Shown here in pieces: positions 10,084 through 20,300 of a stretch of DNA of 33,771 nt. The position numbers were made by a program, and so were the translations under genes. The notes under the pieces are model-generated. The model was not told the origin of the DNA. It was given only the letters and a program-made list of their open reading frames with translations, and did no database searches. Each line of letters begins with the position of its first letter. Within the stretch, counting starts at the first letter, position 1. The stretch is from assembly GCA_009602735.1 (NCBI GenBank), contig WELA01002702.1:52408-86178 (forward strand), read 5' to 3'. This DNA comes from Mesotaenium endlicherianum. Lineage: Eukaryota.

Positions 10084-13000
10084 CACACGCACGCACGTGC
10101 ACGCACACCTCTTGCTTCCCACTCCCGCTCCCACTCACTCACATGCACACGCACGCGCTCCTGCGCACGCTCGTACATACGCACATTAGCATGCACATGG
10201 ACAGGCACACGCACACGCTTGTGCACAGGCACACGCGTACACTCGCACGTACGCACGCACATACGCTCACGTACTTCCACACACACACACAGAGACTCCA
10301 CATCATCATCTCCAACCATGTATTGCTGTTGTTGGTGAGGCTAAATTTGCCTGTGCTTTGATTGTTCCCCCTCCTCGCCAGCCCCACTCCCTTTCTTTGC
10401 AGGAGTTGGAGGAGCTGGAGGTGGAAACAGACGAGTGTGTTTTCTCTTTCTTTCAACGCGCGTGCACACAGACACGCACACCCACACACACACACACATA
10501 AAATCGCTAAACATGCGTAAGCGGGCGGACTCTTTTCCATCCCCCTCCCCCCCCCCCCCCCCCCNNNNNNNNNNNNNNNNNNNNNNNNNNNNNNNNNNNN
10601 NNNNNNNNNNNNNNNNNNNNNNNNNNNNNNNNNNNNNNNNNNNNNNNNNNNNNNNNNNNNNNNNNNNNNNNNNNNNNNNNNNNNNNNNNNNNNNNNNNNN
10701 NNNNNNNNNNNNNNNNNNNNNNNNNNNCCCCCCCCCCCCCTTTCTCTTTCTGTGAGCAGGAGCTGGGGGAGCTGGAGGTGAAGCACGGGCTGCTTCAGCT
10801 GGCAGAGACCCTGAGCTTCCTCCACAACAACGCCAAGCTCGTCCACCGCGCCATCTCCCCCGAGGTTTGGTCCGCTCGCCCCTCCCTCCCCCGGCTTGGG
10901 CTAGGGGCGAGGGTTTAGAGTGTCGCATGTAGGAAGAAGGTGTTGGAGACTCGGGCTCAAGGGTGCTGACTTTACCCACACCAACCGCGAGCTTGTCGGT
11001 CCCGAGGTGTGGTTCGCTCGCCCCTCTTGCCCGATGTTCGGTTCGCTCGCCCCTCTCTCCCCTGGCCCTGGCTTAGGTCAAGATCTACTACTAAGGTTTA
11101 GGATTAGGGCCAGGGGTCAGGGCCAGGGGTCAGGGGTCAGGCTCAGGGTCTAGCGTGTGGGACTGGGGCTACATTTTAGGGTTTCTGGTTCTGTGCTTGA
11201 GCTTCCTCCATAATCACGTCGAGCTCACCCATCGCCCCGTCGTCCTTCGAGGTCTGCTCGCCCCTCTCTCCCCTGGCCTGGGCTGGGGTCTGGGCTTCAG
11301 TGCGTGGGGCTAGGGTTTTGGTTTAAGATTATATACAGTTTATTGCTTTGGGGATGACGCTCCTCCATAACAACGCCAAGCTTGTCTATTGCGCCGTCTT
11401 CCCCCCAAGGTTTGTTCGGCCCCTAGGCTAGCCTGGGCTAGGCTGGGCTGGATTGGGCTGGGTTCTAGGGTTTTGATTATTCTATTTGGGGTGCAGGGTT
11501 AAATTGCAAGTTACGTCCACCACGACTCCTCCCCCGAGGTTTGCTGGCGGGCCTAGTCTGAGCTTGGGGTAAGGGTTGAGGTCTTCAGGATTCCGGTTTT
11601 TAGGTGTAAGCATTATCATTGGAAGAAACGTCTGGGGAAGAGGCCATGCGCATATTCCCTGTGGGGTTTTGAAGGTTTAAGCTTCAAACAAACCACTTGA
11701 GAAGCGGTTTGCACGATAGCTGTTGTGTCTGAGGGTTTGGGGTTGAGATAAAATCCGTAGGTCTGTAGGATTGTGAAAGTCTGGGGCCTTTGGTGGGCGG
11801 CAAGGGGGCAAAGGCATGAGGCTTCAGCGTTTAGTGCGGGCTTGAGAGCAGTGTTGTGGGTGGAGAGTTTGTTAATATTGAGCAAAGTAAGCTATCTCTC
11901 TCAACCCGTCCCTTCTCTAAGTACCCCTAGTTCCATTTCCCTCCCTCCGTCCCTCCCTTCCTCCCTCCCTTCCCTCCTCCCTCACTCCCCCCTACCCCTC
12001 TCATTGTGTCGTGGGCTCTCTGGCGCAAGGCAGACTGTGTTTGTGACAGCCGGCGGCGCGTGGAAGTTTGGAGGCTTTGGGTTTGCCGCCTTCTGCAACG
12101 AGGCGGGCGTCGTCAATGCGGCTGACGGCGACGTCGCCTTTCACTACCCCGTATGACTCCTTGTTACTTCTTGTTAACTAAACCTTAATCCTAGAACCTG
12201 AAAAGCAGAACCCTAAACCATGCCTGCATGGCTGCTGCATCCCTCACTGCCACCTTGGAGCTCCGGCTGCTTCTTACTGTGACTCTTTCTTTTCTTGACA
12301 GCGTGCACAAGGTTCATTCCCTCCTAGCTTCTCTTCACTACTTCTTGCTGCGAGAATTTTCTTTCGATGGCCTTACGCACAAGGTTTATCAGCTCCTAGT
12401 TGCCCTTCACTGCTTCTTACTGCAAGACTCTCCTTTTAATGACGCACAAGGCTTATCGGCCCCTAACTGCTCTTCACAGCCCTGTAGGAACCCTGTATCC
12501 TCTCAACAACGACATTCCATACACAAGTGCTGCTGACGGGGATGCCGCCATTCGCTCCCTTGTATAAGCTCTGACATTTTTCCTCATTAATGACAAGTGG
12601 CACATGGCTATATACGCCTCTTAGTACCCTTCATGAGCTTGAGCATGAGCTTGAATACTCTGTATGATGGCAATGGCAAAGCACACACACAGTGGCAAAG
12701 CATGCACGAGTACAGCCGACGGCGACGCCGCCAATCTCTGTCCTGCATGAGAGCTCTGGTTGCTTCTTTCAGCGGCTTTGTGTTTTGACTATGACAAGCA
12801 CGCATTATTATTTGCCCTTCACTACCCTGCATGAGCTTTGTGCTTTGACTATGACGCGCGCGCATGATTATTTGCCCTTCACTGCCCTGTGCACGAGCAC
12901 TCTTCACTCTCCCTTTAATGACATGTCGGCCGTGAACGCGGCTGACGGCATGCGGGTTTGCCACTGCCCTGTATTTATTCTACATATCTTTTGTGTTGAT

Positions 13001-16000
13001 TGATATATGTGATTTTATGTGATTTTTATTCAGGAATTCGACGTCGACAGCCCGGCCCTGCCGCTGCAGCCGCTCTTGAACTTCTGCGCACCCGAGGTGA
13101 CACGTGGCGCCTCCTCGAGCACGACAGCTGGCGAAGTGAGGACAAACGCTGACGTGTTCAGCCTGGGGCTGCTGGCCTATCAGCTCGTGACAAAGAGGCA
13201 GCTGCTCTCGTGCCAGAACAATCTCAAGACGGTATGCTCTCTATATATGTATTAATGTAATGTTGCACTTATACATGTATATATTTCATATATGTACCAG
13301 CAAGATGGTATGCTCTTCATATATATCAGTGTACATGCATGTATGTTGTTTATATATACATGTTCATAGTTGTAATACATGTCATATATGTAAAATGTAT
13401 ATGCTCTTGGATATGTTAAATGCTGCTCTCATGCCTGAACAGCCTCAACACTGCTTTCTGTATCTTGGAATATATGTGAGAAAGTGTGTGCATATGTATG
13501 GATGATGCATGCATCTATTCGTGCATATTTTGTAAGATCCTTACATTTGTATGAATTGGGGGTGTACGTAGTGTGTCTATGTGTACGCTGCAACCTATCA
13601 TGATTGTTTTAGTGATTATAGATGTATTTAAGTAGTATGCGCGCATGTGCGCTTATATCTGCTTACGATTACACATGTGCGCGCGTATCTGCTTTCGTGC
13701 ACATGCGCGAGCGTATATCGGTTACTTTCCGCATTATTTGAAAAGTGATGACTCAAGCCCTGACCTCCTCTTCTTCAAAGTGCAGCAGGTTTACAAGTTA
13801 TGAAAGGGATTTATGTTGAACTGGATAAGGCAATGCCTCTCTGTTCAAAGTGTGGGGGGGTGTGTGGTGTCTGCTCGTGTATTCGAGTTACTAGAGACAT
13901 TATGCTACAGCCTCGCAATATTTGTGTAGCTGCACCTATTTGATTATAGAACGTAACGCAAATCGGTTTGCCAATTGAAAGTGTGTATGTGGGATAAAAT
14001 CCGCGCAGTCTACCTATGGGATCCTGTGCGTATGATAATTACGTGGTTGTAGAATAGAATCGCAATTCAGTCTGCCGATCGAAAGGGTGTGTATGTGTGT
14101 ACATACGCGCAGTCCACCTATATGATCCTGTGCTCTGTGCATATGGTAATGCATGCGCAGTATATGGCAAAGGTCTGATTGAAAGTGTGTATGTGATTGT
14201 ATATGCGCAGTATGTATGCGCAATATAATATATGATCCTGTGCGTATGATAATGCGTGCGCAGTATATGGCAAAGGTGTCGTTTCTGAGTGGGGAGCCCC
14301 TTCCTGGCGTGCCGCCAGATCTTCTGGGGGACCTTTGGGGAATGCTGGCCTTGGATGCCTCTGCGCGCCCCTCTGCCCTCGCCTTTGGAGGTTCGCATGG
14401 CCCCCCCTTCTCTTCTCTTCTTCCACTATTCTGTCGTGCTCAAGCTTGAATGAGGGGGAGGGGAGGAGAGGGAGAAGGAGAGGAGAGGGAGAGGGGGGTG
14501 TTGTGGCGTGGGAGTCAGGTCGTGATCGGTATTGCGGTGCTTGTGGGCGTGGCAACTGTTTCTGCAAATTTGTCTCCCCCCCCCTCCCCCCCCCNNNNNN
14601 NNNNNNNCCCCCCCTCTCAATCTTCCGGATGTGTGTGCGTGCGTGACGCATAATTTCGGACCCAACATGCATGGTGTATGCTATGCGACGCATCATACAA
14701 CGGCGTGTCAATTAGTTTCTGTATGGACTGGCCGAGAGGTCTATCTAGTGCTTGTTACATGGGCCGCTTGTCGCCCGTCGCTCGTCGCCCGTCGCTCGTC
14801 GCCTGTCGCCGTTGCCCGTTGCTCATTTCTTTCGCTTGCTGCTCGTCGTTCGCCGCTCGCCGCTCGTCGCTCGTCGCTGGTTGCTCGTTGGGCATGGTGT
14901 TCAAAGGCTGTCTCGTGTCCTGTTGGTTTTGACGACCCTGGTTAGAAAATTGTTGGTAAATTTGCTGGTTTGTGTTACCTCCTATGATATGTGCTAGCTC
15001 GCAGTACGTCACGTACGACATGCGTCCGGGAGCTTCGTGATGTGTAATATGTATTTGATGTGATTATGTGACGCATTGCATTATCTTTTATATGTAATGT
15101 ATGTGTTCTCTTTTATAATATAATGTGTACAGGCTCGCAGTACTTCACGGACGACATGCGCCTGAGAGCTCTGCGGTTCCTTGACCACATGCTTGTAAGT
15201 TGTCATCCTCGCTATGCTCTGGCGTATATAATATGGACACAAATTGTCATGTTGGTAGTACCTTGCAGACACACATATTTCATATTAGGCAGGTCTGTAA
15301 CACGAAAGATCCCGCGCGGTGGGGAGTGGGACTGTTCCTGCAAATAGACATACGTCCTCTGAAAGAAGTTTGACACAAGAATCGTACGCATGTGTACATA
15401 TGCAGTAGCCATTTAAAATCATATATCATCAATTAGCATCATAAGGCTCGATGGAGCGGCCATGGCCCCCTTCCTTTGGAGCTCTCACCGCACAAGGTGT
15501 GACAAGTGCGACACAAATATGCACGACTGTATGAGCTGGTGATAGCATTAGTATAATCTTGTCCATTAAAAATATAATCTTGTTATCCTTGGTGCAAGTG
15601 AAGCTCACCCGGCAAGGCGTGAGGCACGCATGCATAAGTTTCTGTGTCGTTGCACACATTTTCATGACTTGCGAGGGAACACTTTGTCATCGCGGCCTGG
15701 GGAAAAGAGAATAGCATGTTGCCCTTGGTAAGTGTCAGCTAGTGGTACGATCATATGTCCTCTTTCAAAAGATAAGCTAACTAGAAGCTAACCATATCAA
15801 AGGTAATATCTCTGGCACGGTGGTGGCGGGGGGCGCGCAGGAGAGGGACAACCTCCAGAAGACCGAATTCCTCAAGGCTCTTAAGGGCCTGTGGACCGGG
15901 TTCGACGCGCGCGTGCTCCGCTACAAGGTGAGCTCCTCGCATACTCCCTTGTGTGCTCCTTGCATGCTCTTCGTCTGTTCTTGGCTCATCAGCAAACGCT

Positions 16001-16240
16001 GCACATCGCTGGATTGGGTTTGGTGAGTGAGTTAAGAAGCACCTGACGCTCTGCTGTTTCCGCCTGCCAGGTGCTCCCTCCGCTGCTGGAGGAGCTTAGG
16101 AACGACGCAATGCAGCACCTCACGCTCCCCATGGTCCTCCTTATCGCCGACACGCAGGTGCTCTCCTTCACACACACTTGATTGTACCCCTGGCGCATGT
16201 ACGTATGTATGTGTGTGTGCGTGCGTGCGTGCCTGCGCGC

Positions 16241-16303
<63 letters not shown>

Positions 16304-16796
16304 TGTGTTGTGTACATGCATGCGCCCGTGTGTGCACGTGGATGAGAGTTGCACACATCATTGGAATATTGTGGAGTGCTGTTTGCATGTCTATATACCG
16401 ATGTCCACAGGCACGGCAATTTGCGCATGCTATGATATTTGTCAGTCTTGTACTACGCATGTGTACATGCAGTATCTTTTACTGCACGGTCTCAAAGAGG
16501 CAATTTGTTCTCGAGTGTCTGTACACTTGCACGTGTTTGCACGTAACACGTCAATTGCTCGCACACCTGTCAATATGCTCAGATTTCGATGTTTCATGCC
16601 AGCTGGCAGTGCACCAGCAGATGCTATGTGCTTGCACATTTTGCTTGCTGTGCATGCGTCTGTTGTGCACGTAGAAAAAACCCCTCTCGTGGCTTCTGCA
16701 TGTTCCGCTTTCTCCCACCCTTGCCAGTCTTGTTCCGCCCTCGGCTATCTTATCTGGCGCACAATCACCGCACGCATACGAGTCTATCACGCATGG

Positions 16797-16844
<48 letters not shown>

Positions 16845-16845
16845 N

Positions 16846-16905
<60 letters not shown>

Positions 16906-17283
16906 TGTGGATATGACCAATAACGTCCCTAACGTCCCACGTTATCTTCCTATACTTAATCCTTTGTTTTTTTGTTTTTTTCTTATAATTTTTAACATCT
17001 TCCAAGAAATTTTGTTGCGCTTCTCTCGGCCCCCCCTCCCCTCGTGTTAATGACAGGAGAAAGAGGACTTTGAAGGTGTGACGCAGCCAGCGCTGCTACC
17101 TGTCATGCAGACGGCGTCTGGAGAAACCCTGCTGCTCTTGTCGCGCCACCTGCCCATGCTCATCTCCAAGGTCCCTTCCCTGCTGCGTCTGCTCCTTGCC
17201 GTTTACCCCCAGAACTGTCTACACATCCCTCTCTTCCTTTCTTCTCCCTCATCCCCAAGGCCCACACACGCGTGCACACACAG

Positions 17284-17314
<31 letters not shown>

Positions 17315-20300
17315 CTAATATGACATGGAGACCAACGTAGACCCGCGGGCTCACGCAGATCCGGACGCGCATGCAGACCCGGCAGCGCTCAGTCTGCCTC
17401 TCTGGTGTTGCGTGTGCGCAACGACAGACCTCAGCTTCTCGTCTGGTGCGGCATCTGTGTTGTGTGCGGCACTTGCGTGCGGTGCCCCTATTGCCTCGTC
17501 ACTGTCTGTTTGCCTTGAGGGAAGTGAGGATGAGCTGTGGGTTTAAGTGATTTTAGGGTCCAAACAATCTTAGGGGTGCACTGATGGCCTCCTCCCTCAC
17601 ACTGCTCCCCTCTCCTTGTTTGCTCTGTCTCTTGTGGATGTATCAGCAGTTTTTCCCCTTCCTCAGGAATTTAATTTAATTTTTCAGATTTTTAAGAGAA
17701 AAAATCTCCCCTGCTGCTAGCTGCCAGCTGCTAGCGCAGCCCTGTGGGTGTGTGTGTGTTCTTGTCTCTGCAGGCCCCTTTCCAACAAAGATAGACGGAA
17801 AATGCATGCATGCATACGCATGCACGCACGCACGCGCACACGTAGCCACACATGCATATGTGCGTTCATGCGCATGTAGGCAGACACACATAAACACACA
17901 CACATACACGCACACACACAGGCGCATGCCCACAAATGGTCTAGAGAACACATTGGCACACGAGCACAAACATTTACACACGTACAGACTGCCGCGCACA
18001 CACAGACACAAACAACATTCATTCACCAACCATAGTGACGCGCACGCGCACTTGACGGGTGAGGCGGCATCTGCTGCCTCCCTCTTGCTTCTCTCTTGCA
18101 CCCATGCCGCCCTCCCTTGACAGGTGTCGCCGCATGCGGTTATGGTTGCCGTGCTCCCCACGCACAACAAACTCTGTCCCATCCTCACCTTCAAACCCTA
18201 AATCTGAAACCAAGAGCCAAGTTCCTATCAAGCAGCAAAGAATTGTATTGCCGACTCTTGCAGCAATCCATGAATCCCCAGCCCTGACCCGACGCTCAGT
18301 GACAGCCCTAAGTCACCTCAGCTTCTGCTCCAACTCTCATACTCACCCTGATTCTCAACCCAGAACCCAGCCATCTTGCCTAACCCTAGCCCTGATTCTC
18401 CCACCTCCCCCCCTCCCCTCTCCGGAACGTAACAGGTGTCGGCAGACGTGCTCCTGAGCCACGTGGTGACGATGATGGTGCGCGCGTTCGACGACGCGGA
18501 TCCGCGCATCCAGGAGGAGATCCTGAAGCAGACGAGGGGGCTCGCCGCCCGCCTCGAGTACAGCGTGCTGAAGACTGCCGTGCTGCCACGTGTCCACGCG
18601 CTGGCGCTCAAGACCTCTATCGCTGCCGTACGACACAAATCTCCCCCCCCGCCCCCTGGCCTCCTCTCTCCTTGCTCCCCCTCCTCTCGCCCCTCCTTTT
18701 TTGCTTCTCGCCCCTTCCCACCCCACCCCTCCCCCCCTNNNNNNNNNNNNNNNNNNNNNNNNNNNNNNNNNNNNNNNNNNNNNNNNNNNNNNNNNNNNNN
18801 NNNNNNNNNNNNNNNNNNNNNNNNNNNNNNNNNNNNNNNNNNNNNNNNNNNNNNNNNNNNNNNNNNNNNNNNNNNNNNNNNNNNNNNNNNNNNNNNNNNN
18901 NNNNNNNNNNNNNNNNCCCCCCTCCCCTCTCCCTTGTCTCCTCTTAGATGTTCCCAATCCTTTGAGCCCTTAGTTTGCTGCCCCCCCCTTTTTTGAGCCT
19001 TCACCATCTGCTGGACTGTAGGGGTCCCACCTTAAATGCATTCTTTTCTCTTTGTCTCCTACTCGACTTGGTCTCTGCCAGGTCTTTGCTCAAGGGAACG
19101 AAGGCCAAAGAAATTGGCTTCTTGGGAGATTAGAATTTATGAAAGCTCCTACGTTGCTCAAGAAATCTGAAAGAGGCCTTCTGCTGAAGCAGAGCCCCAC
19201 ATGGCACGCTCTCTGCTGCCAAGATCTTCTCTGCGTGTGTGAGCGTCATCTTCGAGTTTGCAATTCCATTCAACGTATACCTTCAAACCCCTCCTCTGGC
19301 CACTAAGCTTGCTGATGCTGTCTCTGTGTCACTGTGTGCACGCGTGCGTGTGCGTGCGTGCGTCCGTGTATGTGCGTATATGTGTGCACGCGTGTGTTTG
19401 TGTGTGCGCGCTCTCTTTCCCTCTCTCCCTCTCGCCCACCTCTCTCTCTCTTGCAGGTGCGCGTGCACGCGCTCATCTGCCTGGGGGAGTTTGTGCAGCG
19501 CCTAGACAAGGGCGCCGTGACGGACGTGCTGCAGACACTTGGCAGATGCGCTGCCGTCGACCACTCCTCGCCCACGCTCATGTGTGTGCTTGGTGTCGCT
19601 GATGTCATCCAGAAGCAGGTGAGAGAGCTCGCGCCGCCAGTCGAGCGGGCCCCCCCCAGGTGGGCAGGTCCCACCAGCTGGTGAGCCCTGCCAGCTGGCT
19701 GGCGGCCCGCCGGTTTTTGCCAACGTGTGCCGCTGTTGTTGTTGTTGTTGTTGTTGCGTTGCCACCTGGCAGCGGCGGCTGATTGGCTCACCCGCCCTCT
19801 CTCGCGTCATACTCTTCCACCCATCAAGCTTTCGGGACAGTGCCGGTGCCAGCACTGGTGTCAGTGCTAGTCCTAGTAGCAGGGAAGGGGGAAGGAGTTG
19901 AAAGGCCTCCGGGCGGGCCGGCTGCTGGCTCTGAGAGTTTTGGGAAGAGGACTAGGTTTCGAGGCTTCTCGCAGTAGGATAATTTTTCTCAAACTATCTT
20001 TCGGATCAGGTGTAGGTATCGACTCGTGTGTTGAGCACTTGGAGGGTGGATGCTCACACGACATCACGCTGGGCAGGTCCCCGATCAGGGCCGGAAGGTT
20101 GCCATGTTGCCAAGTGATGTGTCTTTGTTTATCATTTGTGTCGAGTTGGATCCACAATTTGTATCATTGTTAATCATCATATATCATTATCTATCACTAT
20201 CTACTAGATTCTTCGAGTACTCCGCACGTCTGATGCGTAAGCCTTTTTTGTCTGGGGGGGCGGCTTGCGGCGGCGGCGGCGGCGGCGGCCATGCGGCAGC

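Noticed and set aside
8422..10361. Many HT/CV/RA-rich ORFs on both strands
   Set aside because: Stop-free frames produced by (GT)n/(CA)n microsatellites in SCYL2 intron 4.
18050..18150. Possible echo of the exon 13 acceptor (acaggtgtcg at ~18120)
   Set aside because: Only ~10 nt of identity, too short to distinguish from chance.
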